From IMG/VR virus record IMGVR_UViG_3300020178_000002, positions 1 through 64,000 of that record: a stretch of 64,000 bases of DNA; one strand, given 5' to 3'. The notes beneath the pieces are model-generated. The model saw only the letters and a program-made list of their open reading frames with translations. It ran no database searches and was not told the DNA's origin. Shown piece after piece: positions 37,801-47,900 of the stretch; the stretch's first letter is position 1; every line of letters begins with the position of its first letter. A program made the translations under genes and the position numbers.

Positions 37801-40267
37801 TACTCTTCATTTCTTCTCAAGTGGAACAAACCAGCCATTTGTCTTAGGTCAAGATTGGTTGAGCTCTCCAGAAACTTACAGACTAGATGATGCTAATGGT
37901 GGTGGTTTTGGTGCTGAGTATTATTATGAGGTTTTGTTTGCCACCAATCCTGGTGAAGTTGTTTCTTTTGACCCTTCTACTGATGAGTTCCCAGCTTATT
38001 CAAAAGAGAGTGAAGAAGTAGGTTTGACACATGAGGTAGGTGTTCCTTCTTACTATGGAGAAAACCTTTATCCTGTTGCGTATAGTAGCTTTGATCAGAA
38101 TACCAACTTTATTCCCAGAAATGCTGATGGTAGTATTCAATACTTTTTTGGGGTTGAGGATGAGCTTTTAGTTAGCACAGATGAAGTAATTGCAAGATTT
38201 AGCTTTAACTCTAACATTCCTATTTTAACAGATAGCATTTCTTTAACATACTATCTCTACCCTTCTGATATAGAAGAGATTCTTGCCAATACAGAAGATA
38301 TTGTAGAGGTGACTTATAGGTATCAGTCACCTCAGGTAGAAGATACACTTTCTTACTCTGCCGATGTAGATTACTTCTATGATCTGGGAGATGTTATAGA
38401 GGAAGACAACCTATCTTATGGAGATACTGTTTCTACTGTTTACAGATTTAACCCTATAAATGAAGAGTCAAGTATCAATGCTTTTGGTGACGATTTATCT
38501 GCTCGTATATCTTCACTGCACTTAGAGGATAGCTTTGATACCAGATCTGAACCAATCATTGCTTCCTATAGCTTAGTTCCTGTTTCAGAGGAGTCACTTG
38601 TAGGAGATCTTTCTGATGATGTCTTAACTACATTTGCATATTCTGGTGTAAGTGAGTCTGATTCACTAACTTATGAAGATTCGGTTTCAACAGGGATTCG
38701 TAGTTTATTTGTTTCAGACAGTCTAAGTTTTGATGCTGACGCTTCAAGGGATATATCTTTAGATCCCATTGAGGTTGAGAGTGAAATAGTTAAACTAGGT
38801 TCAGAGATTACAACTCAGTATAGCTATGCTGCTGTTAATGAGGAAAGTCTTGTTGTGTACTTGAATGACACAGTTAGTTTCCAAATGGGTGTTTCACAAG
38901 TAGACACGCTATCTTATTCTGATGATGTATCACATGTTTACAATTTAGGAGGCTCGTCTGTAGAGAGCGATTTGGATATAACAGATGCAGTCTCTTATCG
39001 TTACAAGATTTCTTTAACAGACAATGCACCGATAGTAGATGCTTACCCTAATACCAGCTTCTTATTCTCTGCTTCTGCGACAGAATCTTTAACATATGAG
39101 GATTCAGTTTCAACAACTCATAATAGAACAGTTAGTGTAGAGGGTTCTCTTTCTTCTTCTGACGCAGTAAGTACAATAGAAACTCCTTCAGGGATTTCTG
39201 TTGCAGACACCCTAAGTATGTCTGATACGGCGACCACTTCTATCGGGACTATTTCTGTTCCAAGTTTGGCTGTTGGTGTGAAATATAATAACTTTGCACA
39301 GGCAGATGATGAAATGTTCTCTGTTTACATAGGAGAAATGGATACTTTAGTTTATCCAGAAGTGACTGTGTACCAGCCAGACTCTCAAGATCTTTCACCT
39401 ATTAGTTTGGTAGAAGGAAGTAAAGAGATCAAAGTATTGGCTTCTTCAAGTGACGCTTATGCAAACACTAATGATGATGCATCACTCAGGTTTGGCCCTC
39501 TTCAATATGACACAGACTATACCCTGTATTCACATACAAGCTATTTAGATACAACACCTGATATTTCTGCAGCATTTAGGGCATCTTCTTCTGCATTGAA
39601 CCCAGATGGATTTATGTCTGGTAAGGGCTATACTGATCTCATGCCAGGTAGCACAGATGGAGCTCAAAGGTACTTTAGGCATAGTTTCTACATTAGGTCT
39701 TCAGATGATGCAGTGATCTTTACAGCAGACACAGGCACTGATTTTACTTTTGATGACTTAGAGCAGATTCGATTATACTTACACTTCATTTACACATATA
39801 GTACAGGAGACAGTGCAGATAACTTTGCAATAAGGCAAGCACCGAATGGGGCTACTTTTGCGAGTCCCGATGGTTCACCTGCATCAACAGGTGGTTGGAT
39901 AGAGCCTACAGTACATTCTGATGTGGTCAACCATAAGACTAATGGTGTGTATGACTATACTGACTTACCAGATTCAAGTGTTGCAAATACAGATAATGAC
40001 GCACAGGTTTCATGGGATTTGGTTATAGGCACTCGTTATCATTTGAAGGTTTCTTCTGTAGACAATGCATCAGATTTCCAAGTTTTCCTTGATCCTAGAA
40101 CAGAAGACAATGGTACTTCATGGAACACTGAATACACCTCGTCTAGCTCTTTGACCTATACCGAGACTTTAACAAATAATGATTCACAAAGTTATACTTT
40201 CAACCACTTCTTTACTATTCGTAGGGATGGTTTCATTATTTGGGAACAAGACCCTAGCGGTTCTTAA
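34868..40267 (+). CDS. large baseplate/tail protein with HxH motifs and acidic repeats
   Basis: Follows the J-like gene; LLEGATKKSI and IKPSHI resemble tail protein I-like motifs; HTHEI repeats. Confidence 0.65.
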   Translation: MIFDYDPRLERETVSSESSSYRLLKDILTEQIVDSMSNGTASNYITNSYGSNHRILYEGVASLIADLILKSADGIEDNEYSQLRAEYVSTRLLYSVFPDEDSVPTSQNVGEVINMLLQTYEALLEGATKKSIDEALNDIFNRSTVTTEVENYIANITTSILATTEFNTDGIVSEHKHHAFTKSAGYGSTLKPIGYRWGDDLHTHEIIDGEIQPHTDADGVSHTHEIYFGLPENVMLLQSNLRKIFEVIKPSHIKTGEITSILEEPSSLSPTIEDEINGLDSVFLGLGSIYQEDMRKGRDGVWEDELYGYVSGKEIRFWRHPLNVADNVVAIWEEIDPNTQQTIVKTQKLRVISTFEESPANQTAFNQGETLSFVREVASASNYAEQVRIQSGSLLPPGQGEVGLINLSFADDGEPLLYSGDSKVYYPTITGYEGEEVQPATKPYGDRVRLSSFVVRVDANIQTEGITLFKLVSLPWSVRKTREYSIDTYINDGVDSFVLDLPSYIPELLQKNHRNLPIIGSDLEIKLNGVSLQTPFFLDLRTNQVISQLPVFSLGQEITLTYPSVQSSVKSFRELNNTNLLLNSIRPVRKVSLSGRGGDSKRASRPSFTSYVLNQASPVRPLTLSERKISYSVSTSDILNTFNQSLNSSFVLNRGSFTLNLSQDQVFAPAVKTITLTSGEVAFSQLGYIPSFITLVEDDLGNSYDFTLSSSKLDIKGISSFPISLTIHAVSSSPLNLNQTWHKGDTLVEGQAFVGLKDTSTLPFLIENTPEEIIQNPLGLGTDEGDRNILSSRKVDESGVYGELTFYEDSAVEYEIDGTDGFANDYNPIQYEDTLLYQDPTLYILGPRVEVESNLVNTIPTYLFFNYFFLNTFGGDGHYFSIYRVGADGVKYYQTLTLIADSGGFLALEEYPNLPAPNGSPLAYRFRDDGNGGGFNVNYTNGEFADNYTAEINASFNHIPNQTYFIELYMEEDGGGADTLHFFSSGTNQPFVLGQDWLSSPETYRLDDANGGGFGAEYYYEVLFATNPGEVVSFDPSTDEFPAYSKESEEVGLTHEVGVPSYYGENLYPVAYSSFDQNTNFIPRNADGSIQYFFGVEDELLVSTDEVIARFSFNSNIPILTDSISLTYYLYPSDIEEILANTEDIVEVTYRYQSPQVEDTLSYSADVDYFYDLGDVIEEDNLSYGDTVSTVYRFNPINEESSINAFGDDLSARISSLHLEDSFDTRSEPIIASYSLVPVSEESLVGDLSDDVLTTFAYSGVSESDSLTYEDSVSTGIRSLFVSDSLSFDADASRDISLDPIEVESEIVKLGSEITTQYSYAAVNEESLVVYLNDTVSFQMGVSQVDTLSYSDDVSHVYNLGGSSVESDLDITDAVSYRYKISLTDNAPIVDAYPNTSFLFSASATESLTYEDSVSTTHNRTVSVEGSLSSSDAVSTIETPSGISVADTLSMSDTATTSIGTISVPSLAVGVKYNNFAQADDEMFSVYIGEMDTLVYPEVTVYQPDSQDLSPISLVEGSKEIKVLASSSDAYANTNDDASLRFGPLQYDTDYTLYSHTSYLDTTPDISAAFRASSSALNPDGFMSGKGYTDLMPGSTDGAQRYFRHSFYIRSSDDAVIFTADTGTDFTFDDLEQIRLYLHFIYTYSTGDSADNFAIRQAPNGATFASPDGSPASTGGWIEPTVHSDVVNHKTNGVYDYTDLPDSSVANTDNDAQVSWDLVIGTRYHLKVSSVDNASDFQVFLDPRTEDNGTSWNTEYTSSSSLTYTETLTNNDSQSYTFNHFFTIRRDGFIIWEQDPSGS

Positions 40268-40280
40268 TACTCTTTTTATA
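40265..40280 (+). promoter_or_regulatory. putative late-type promoter
   Basis: taata ctcttt ttata. Confidence 0.6.
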
Positions 40281-40317
40281 AACAACTTTTATCTAAACAC
40301 TCACTAAGGAGAACACT

Positions 40318-41019
40318 ATGTTCAATATCAAAGGTTATGTAGAGGCTACTTTCAGAGACTCTGAGGGAAATGTAATTCAATACGAAGAGGGTCATAATAC
40401 AGTTGTTCAAATGTCTAGCAATATTATCATGGACAATATTCTTCCCAGACTCGGAGCTTCTGGAACAGCTACGGGAGTATCAAATCGCCCTGAAGCTACT
40501 AACATGGATGATGATACCACATTCCCTAATGGTGGTAACTACATTGGTCCAGCAGGTGCAAGTACAAACACTTCTGCAGCTCATGCAATCAATAACATTG
40601 CTTACATTGCAGTAGGTGACAACTTGGGCACAGATTCAGCAGGAAATGCCCATTCCTCACAGAATGCAGATGTTGCAAGTGCAAGCACACAAGTTAACAT
40701 GGTAGATGATAGCTTTAGCCTGACAAGCACAAACCCTTATTTTGCTCGTTTGGTTGATTCTGTGAGTTTCCCTGCATACAACCAGATTCGATTCACTACT
40801 ACCTTTGCACTTGGTGAGGGTAATATCACAAATGGCATTGCAGAGATTGGTTTGTGGACTGCTGGTGATAATGTTGATGCAGATGGTTTTGCAAACACCA
40901 CAACACCAACTGTGACAACTAACATGAGACTTTTTGCTAGAAAAGTTTTGGATAACACCATTACTAAGACTGATGATGGTACTCTTGAAATAAACTACAC
41001 CATCACATTCAACGCTTAA
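40318..41019 (+). CDS. tail-collar/baseplate-type structural protein
   Basis: HNTVV...YIAVG...FTTTFALGEGN...IAEIGL...LFARK...ITKT...LEINYTITF pattern. Confidence 0.65.
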   Translation: MFNIKGYVEATFRDSEGNVIQYEEGHNTVVQMSSNIIMDNILPRLGASGTATGVSNRPEATNMDDDTTFPNGGNYIGPAGASTNTSAAHAINNIAYIAVGDNLGTDSAGNAHSSQNADVASASTQVNMVDDSFSLTSTNPYFARLVDSVSFPAYNQIRFTTTFALGEGNITNGIAEIGLWTAGDNVDADGFANTTTPTVTTNMRLFARKVLDNTITKTDDGTLEINYTITFNA

Positions 41020-41105
41020 TTTTTTCTTGTTATGAGGTTCGAGAGGGATATTTTTTAGTTGTTTTATCACCTCCATATCGTACCCCATAACCTGTGGAGG
41101 AAAAT

Positions 41106-41765
41106 ATGATAAAGTCCAAAGTAAATCCCCCTCACACATCTGCCTTAAACTTTGGTTTGGCTTTTGGTGACAATATAGGAATCAAAGTTAAAGGTGATGT
41201 CTTTGCTACTCTCAGGTATGAGGATGGCAAAGAAGAGATCGTAATTGATAAGTCCAATATCTACACTTTGGATGGTGGAGTTTTGGCAGCTATTTTGTTT
41301 TCTAACAATGCAGGGCAAAGCAACAATAGATTTGTGAATATGCTTGCAGTTGGAACAGGTGCTTCTGGTTCATCACAGAATCCAGACATTCCTGATTATC
41401 AACAAAGAGCTTTAAACACACCACTCTATAAGAAAACTTTCTCGAGTGTAGTTTATCGCAAAGCAGATGGGAGCTTAAGTGTTGATGGGAATAATGACCC
41501 TATTCCAACCAACATTGTAGATTTCACAACAACTTTTGAGTCTTCTGAAGCTGTGGGTGCTTTAACTGAAATGGGTTTAATAAGTTCAGTCAACAATAGC
41601 TTCTTAGAAAACTCCTTTGTTAAAAACCCAAACAACTTCCCTCTTGAAAGAGATGTTTCAGAAGCTGTTTTAGATTATGACGTACTTGTTAATTATTTAA
41701 CCTTCCCTGTCATAAATAAACCTAATGGGGCAATTCTTGCAATCACATGGCGATTAACTTTTTAA
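41106..41765 (+). CDS. tail-collar/baseplate-type structural protein (paralog of the previous gene)
   Basis: LAVGTG...FTTTFESSEAVGALTEMGL...FPVINK...LAITWRLTF; start reassigned after GGAGG. Confidence 0.65.
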   Translation: MIKSKVNPPHTSALNFGLAFGDNIGIKVKGDVFATLRYEDGKEEIVIDKSNIYTLDGGVLAAILFSNNAGQSNNRFVNMLAVGTGASGSSQNPDIPDYQQRALNTPLYKKTFSSVVYRKADGSLSVDGNNDPIPTNIVDFTTTFESSEAVGALTEMGLISSVNNSFLENSFVKNPNNFPLERDVSEAVLDYDVLVNYLTFPVINKPNGAILAITWRLTF

Positions 41766-41781
41766 GTAGGAGACTACCCTC

Positions 41782-44700
41782 ATGAAATACCTCTCTTCTA
41801 CTAGCAGAAACTTAAACCCTGCAAACTATGCATGGGAATCTGTTGTCCATCAGTTTGGAAGACCTCTCCTAGATAGTGAGCTAAACCTTTCTCAAGATAT
41901 TCTGAGACAGAGACTAGACTTGCCATCTGGTATGATTTCAGACCAATCAAGCATGAATGACAAGAATAGGTTCTTGTTCTATTCTCCTTACACAGGAAAC
42001 CCTAGAGTCTTAAACCCAGAATTCAGAGCGAATACTTTAACCATTGAAAGGTTCATTGCCTCTGTTAATGGGATGGCTGTGGATGTTAAGGGAACTAACT
42101 CTGTAGACCCAGAACTTAACCATGTTGAGCTATCTGAACCACAAGAGGGAATAGATCTAGTAGATTTTGTTTTCTTAGAGGTATGGAGAAAAGAAGTTAC
42201 TCCATCAATGGATGCCAGAGCCAGACTCAAAGTCTCTAGCCCATTAGCAAATGACACTTTAACCTTTCAAGATGCAAACAACTCTGTAGTAATAACAGCA
42301 GGTGTTGACTTTCAAATCAGCAACTCTAGCCCCGAAACGGCTAGAAACCTATCTGAAGCTATAAATAACTATGATGGACAAGGCTTAGGTCTAACTCTTG
42401 GCTCTGTCACAGTCACCTCTGAAACAAGAGGCACTCCTTATTTATTTCTCAGTTTAACTGGTGGTGCTAGTGGCAATACTCCAACATTTAATATTACAAG
42501 TGGTTCTGTAGGCATACTTGTAATAACCCAACCTTCTGGTGGTTCAGATGGTGAGGGTAAGCCTAATGCAAACAACATTTATTATGCTGGTAATCTTGAC
42601 TGTCATAGTGATCTTTATTTGGATGATGACATACAAGACCCTACTTTGAATGTTTCTTCGACAAGAAGGGTTCAAATACAGTATCGTCTTAGGGTTCATG
42701 CCAATTTTAACTATAGTATATCTCAAGACATCTTTGGCTTAGATAGCTTTGGTTTATTTGCTCAAGGTGCAAATGCAAATCCCATTAACACAGCTACTTT
42801 CAGTAGGCATAGTAATGATTCTGGACTTTGGGTTGCAGGCGATGGTTCAGAAGCAAGTGCTTCAACTTTAGGTACTGTTGATGGGTATATCTATGCAATA
42901 CCTGTAGCTTTTGTCTATAGGCGAAATAAGCCTCTAAATGGCAATGAGGGATTTCACCCCTTAGATAGATATAACACAGGTGCTTTACATGACCATGATG
43001 GATCAACCTTACAGGCAAACCCTTATGTAGATCGTGTAGCCACTACATATTCAGATAGGCCAGATGGTCTTTTCTCCGACCAGATTGCAGAAGAAGATGT
43101 ACTTGATTTAAGAAGAAGAGTTTTCCCTAAAGGTTTAGACTTTAAATCAGAGCTTGTTCATCAATATCATTCTTTACTTGATGGTTTAAATAAGACTTGG
43201 ATTGCAGAAGCACATAACTTAGCAGATACAGGTAATGGTACAGCAGGGATATCTCACACTCCTCTTATGTGTGATGTTTTTGGGAGTAATGCTAATTCTT
43301 TAAACATTGGTAATTACAAGAGAGACTTTAACAATGTTTCCAGAAGGTTCTCTAATGTGCCTTTAGTAGAAAGAGTCTTCTTTATTATCTATCCAGGACT
43401 TAACACCTCAGGTATTAGCTACACTCCAAACGATAATGCTCAAGCGAATGGTTGGCACGTTGGAGATACCATTGTTGTAAGTCTGAATGATTTAGATGCA
43501 AAGGGAGACACAGAGTGGGTTCCTGTTGATGCATTTGGGTCTATTGGTATAGATTTACCCTCAGGTTCTAAGATCACAGATTTAGGTATGTGTTGGCACA
43601 ATGATGGTCACTATGTGAATGATATAGTTCAAGATGTAGAGATTTCCTATGTCAACATCACAGATAGTGCAATCTCTGTGGTTCTAGGAGAGAATGACCA
43701 AGTTGCTAATGGAGGTATCTCTGGTGCTGCTGATTATGCTGTGGTTTCAGACGATTCTTTAACATTAGGGAGTGAAGCAGTTATTTTCCTTGAGTTGGTT
43801 ATTGAGATGCCTTCTGGTGATCATGGTTTAACAGGGAGAGTAGATCAGATCCCTAGCTTCGATTCAGAAGTTTATGCAACAGGATCTTGTATTTCTTTGA
43901 ATGAGCCAGAGGCTGTTGTTAATCTGTATCCTAATGTAGGAAACGGGGTTGCTTCGCCCATTATTAACCTAAGAGAAGGTAAGCGAGAAGTTTCTTTAGA
44001 GTATGTTAGGGGTTTGATGACAAGAACTATAGTTTCTACTAGGTCTAGCTTCACATATTTACCTTATAGGGTTTATGGAGATCCATCTACAATCACAATT
44101 ACAGATGTTTCTGATCCTTTAAATCCAAGTGTTTTAACGCTAGATTCTTCTAGTTCTAAGTTCTCACACTCTGAACCTTTGTTAGCTTGGCAGGCTGTTT
44201 GGGTTTCTGGTCAAAGAAGTTTGGAGATAGAGTTCCACCCTGTAGTTCCTTATCCTGCTACAGACACTTCAAATAACTCTATATTCGTCTTTTATAAGAG
44301 ACAAGCACCTCAGACATGTGGTTCTGACTTTCCGATTGCTAACGACAATATAAGCACTGATTCTGGTGGTGTTGTACCTGTTGAGATGGAGTTGAGTCCT
44401 TTAGCAATAGGGGAGAAGATTTCTTCTTTTATGAACTCGGACTTTACTTATCCTTTCCTTGCTCCAACAGAGCATTTAGGGAGTTCTCCTTTAGCAGAGA
44501 ACAACTATGGCTATGATGAGTATCTGGTTTTGAACAGCAATGAGGTTTTCCTAGATGACTTGACAGTCAATACAGGTAATGTGGACTTATCAAGTTTAGT
44601 GCCTTTAGCTTCATCGGTTAAGCTAACACTAGGAAGATCGGCTATACCACCTGTCAAAGACAACTATAACCGAGTTGTCTATCAAACAATGAGTGAAGCT

Positions 44701-44955
44701 AGCTATTACCCAGCTTCATATGCTAAGAATCTTTCGGTCTTTAACAAGAGCTATAAAAATGCCTTGCCTTGTTTAATGAAAGTCACATCAGACAGTCATG
44801 ATCTCTACAGAAGTGGAGAGGTTCTGTTAGTGGTTTTCATTAAGACTTCTATTTGGGGTCAATCAGTATCTGTAGATATGAGAGATAATAATTCAAACAA
44901 CTTAGTTGTTGCGTGTGTTTATAGGACTCGCAATTTGCTTCTTTTAGGAGATTAG
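41782..44955 (+). CDS. large baseplate/tail structural protein
   Basis: VVHQFGRPLLDSELN..QD and DFVFLEVW motifs; paralog of 51476..56662. Confidence 0.7.
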   Translation: MKYLSSTSRNLNPANYAWESVVHQFGRPLLDSELNLSQDILRQRLDLPSGMISDQSSMNDKNRFLFYSPYTGNPRVLNPEFRANTLTIERFIASVNGMAVDVKGTNSVDPELNHVELSEPQEGIDLVDFVFLEVWRKEVTPSMDARARLKVSSPLANDTLTFQDANNSVVITAGVDFQISNSSPETARNLSEAINNYDGQGLGLTLGSVTVTSETRGTPYLFLSLTGGASGNTPTFNITSGSVGILVITQPSGGSDGEGKPNANNIYYAGNLDCHSDLYLDDDIQDPTLNVSSTRRVQIQYRLRVHANFNYSISQDIFGLDSFGLFAQGANANPINTATFSRHSNDSGLWVAGDGSEASASTLGTVDGYIYAIPVAFVYRRNKPLNGNEGFHPLDRYNTGALHDHDGSTLQANPYVDRVATTYSDRPDGLFSDQIAEEDVLDLRRRVFPKGLDFKSELVHQYHSLLDGLNKTWIAEAHNLADTGNGTAGISHTPLMCDVFGSNANSLNIGNYKRDFNNVSRRFSNVPLVERVFFIIYPGLNTSGISYTPNDNAQANGWHVGDTIVVSLNDLDAKGDTEWVPVDAFGSIGIDLPSGSKITDLGMCWHNDGHYVNDIVQDVEISYVNITDSAISVVLGENDQVANGGISGAADYAVVSDDSLTLGSEAVIFLELVIEMPSGDHGLTGRVDQIPSFDSEVYATGSCISLNEPEAVVNLYPNVGNGVASPIINLREGKREVSLEYVRGLMTRTIVSTRSSFTYLPYRVYGDPSTITITDVSDPLNPSVLTLDSSSSKFSHSEPLLAWQAVWVSGQRSLEIEFHPVVPYPATDTSNNSIFVFYKRQAPQTCGSDFPIANDNISTDSGGVVPVEMELSPLAIGEKISSFMNSDFTYPFLAPTEHLGSSPLAENNYGYDEYLVLNSNEVFLDDLTVNTGNVDLSSLVPLASSVKLTLGRSAIPPVKDNYNRVVYQTMSEASYYPASYAKNLSVFNKSYKNALPCLMKVTSDSHDLYRSGEVLLVVFIKTSIWGQSVSVDMRDNNSNNLVVACVYRTRNLLLLGD

Positions 44956-44956
44956 T

Positions 44957-47900
44957 ATGCCAAAGAAAACAGTAGACACCGACAGCTTGATTACTGTCAA
45001 TTCTTCACAAGGGACAGACAGTATCAGTTTGGGCTTAACTTCTTCTTCAAGTCAAAGAGTATCGACTAATGCAGAAGATATATTTTCTTCAAATGCACTA
45101 GGTGGGTACTTAGACGAGAACTTGCAATCTAATTTAGATAACTTATCTTCAGAAGCAAAGAGAAACCAGCCCCCTAAGCTAGGCTATGGAGCAATTACTT
45201 TTTCAAATGACTTAGGTGTCTCTATATCACATGATGGCCGACCTGATTGGGGGTCAGCAAAAGTGGTAGACTACCCATCTTGGGTCTACAAAAAAAAGAT
45301 CTGGGCAGAGAAAAGAGAGATGCCTCATATAGGTTTCGGGAATGAGCAAGAAGACTTAGCAACCTCTATATCTGATTCTAAATGGATAAACGAAGGCGGT
45401 CTTTATGACACTTTAAATTTAAATTATAGAGACAACCGAGAAACAGGATCTCCTAGTAGCTACAGCTATTATGGTTTTGGAGATACACAATTTGACCATA
45501 TAGGATTTCCTTTAATTGCTCAGTCTGCACCGAGAGACTCATTTAACTTACTAGACAATAGTCAGATATACCCTTTCTTGTACCAAGAACCTCTTTTCAC
45601 ACCAGATGAAACAAATGATTTATTCAATGCCTCAACAGGTATTACTTTAGGTCTGACCTCTGGAGAGGGCACTTCAAGCTTTGGCTTAAGAAAAGGTGAG
45701 CCTGCTATTGCAATGTCTCCTATTTCAACAAGAAGCAACTCACCTTTTAACTCTAAGATATTGATAGATAGCTACAATGATGACTTAGGATTCGTTATTT
45801 CTGGCCTACTCTTTCCAGCAGATAGAGGTGTTTTAGCTTTGATTCGTTTTGAATCAGATCCTAACGGAGTCTCATCTGGCATATCTACACCAGCAACCAA
45901 TGCAGAAGAAGTTTTAAATAGAGTGGTTGCTGCTATAAAGTTAGGGCATGGTGTAGGCCCTCTTGATGGAGAATCTGGTGGTGACATCTTTAATGATTCA
46001 GAGGGAGAGACATTCCCCTCTCTTAAAACAGGTCAGTATGATCTGTATGAATTACATACAGGAAACTATATACCAAACTCAACTAGGTCAGGTGCTAACC
46101 CCAACTTAGTTGCAGACCCCACTAAAGGTCAAGTACGATTGTTGACAGATCCTTTAGCTTTCAATGTTGAAGATAATACTTATTCTTTAGGGATACCTGT
46201 CTTATTCTCTCCATATGACTACTCAAGAGAAGTAGAGGCTCGTTTTTTCTTCCCTAATAGAAACTTTCTTTCTTATAGAATGCCTTTGTTAAAGGATTAC
46301 TCACCAGAGGGTCTTTTAACACCTGTTGCAGAAAGAGATAGATTCTTTGTTAAAAACACACCTAACAAAGATCAAGCTAAAAAAGTATATGAGCCACTTT
46401 TTAAAACTGCTGGTGGGTATGTTACCTTTGGTGCAAGAGATAACTATAGTTATCAAGTGGCTCGTTATAGACATGTTGTAAACCTAATGGATTTAGAAGC
46501 AGATACTTATGTAAACATATCTTCTGACCCCACAGACGATGAACCAGACTATAACTTTGGGTCATTTGCTTTAATCCACTTTAAGACAGAAGCAGCTTTT
46601 GAAAGACTTGTCAGAGATGGTATTGCACCTTCAGATGAAGAGGTATTCAGTAGAAACCTCATAGACTTTGATGACCTGTCAAATAACATTGCTCAAGACT
46701 TAGGGACTGTAGGTGGAGATGGTCTTGAAGATGGTGTTTCTTCTTTCTCATCTAGTAATGCACTAAGTATTTTTAGACCTAACTTTAACTTTGAAAGACC
46801 ATTGTTTGATGGATTGTTTAACAGCTTTGATTTTACACCTAAAGCTCAGACAGAAAACTTCTATCCTAACTATGATGCAGCAAACTCCGAAAAGATTAAC
46901 AAGAATAATAGTTACTTCTCTTTTATCTCTGGAGTTATTTATGTCAGCCCTACTATTCCATTTAGATATAACGGACACCCTGACTTACAAGGGAACTCTC
47001 TAACACCTACTGTTCAAGAGAGCCTTTACTCTAAGATTAAAACAGAGTTTAACATTACTCAAGAGCTAGAACTAAATGATCTTACTAAATGGGATACAAC
47101 AGAGCCTTCTGAGAATTCTTCAGTCAGACCATTTGCCCAAATCTTAGCAAGCTCTTTAACAGCACAAGATAATTTAGAAGCAACTGTATATACCCAATGC
47201 TCAGTGACTACTAAACATCAGAGTCTATTTGTTAATCAGCGTCTTGGGGTTAATACCTTATATGCTAAGGGTGATGCAGTTAAGCCAATTACAGATCTTA
47301 CTTTAATGAATGAGAAAGATGGTTTCTGTACTTTATCTACCTCTGCAACTAGGACTTCTTTGCTAGTAAACAGAGCTTCTAGGCAACATGACAATATAGG
47401 TGTTGAGATTGTTGCAGATGATGTTGAAACATTATTAGGAAACCCTGTCACCAATAACTCTAAAGTCCTTTATCACTCTGCTCGTAAAATATCACTTCTT
47501 GAATTATACGGACAGAGGTTTAGACCAAATGGGTCATTGCCTGGATTCGCTGGCACTTCTATATCTTCTCTATCCGAGATCTACACCCCATTTGGAGATG
47601 TTGGATATCCTGGTGGAGAGAATGATGATTTTACTTATGGGTATGTTTTTGCATGGTGGGAAAATACAAATAATACAGGTCACCATCCCAAAGTTGCAGG
47701 TCAGTCCTTCTCAATTTATAGATATGATGAAGAAGGTTATAGGATATACCAAGAGCTAGAACTTCTTCCTATCGGTGGAGATGAAGCAAATGGTTATGCT
47801 TTGGAGCTTTGTTCTGGTTGGAATCGTGTGAGCCATGCAGATAATAATGTGAACACAGACCCTAAGTACAGATACCCTCAAAACAGACCTGTTTATAGAC

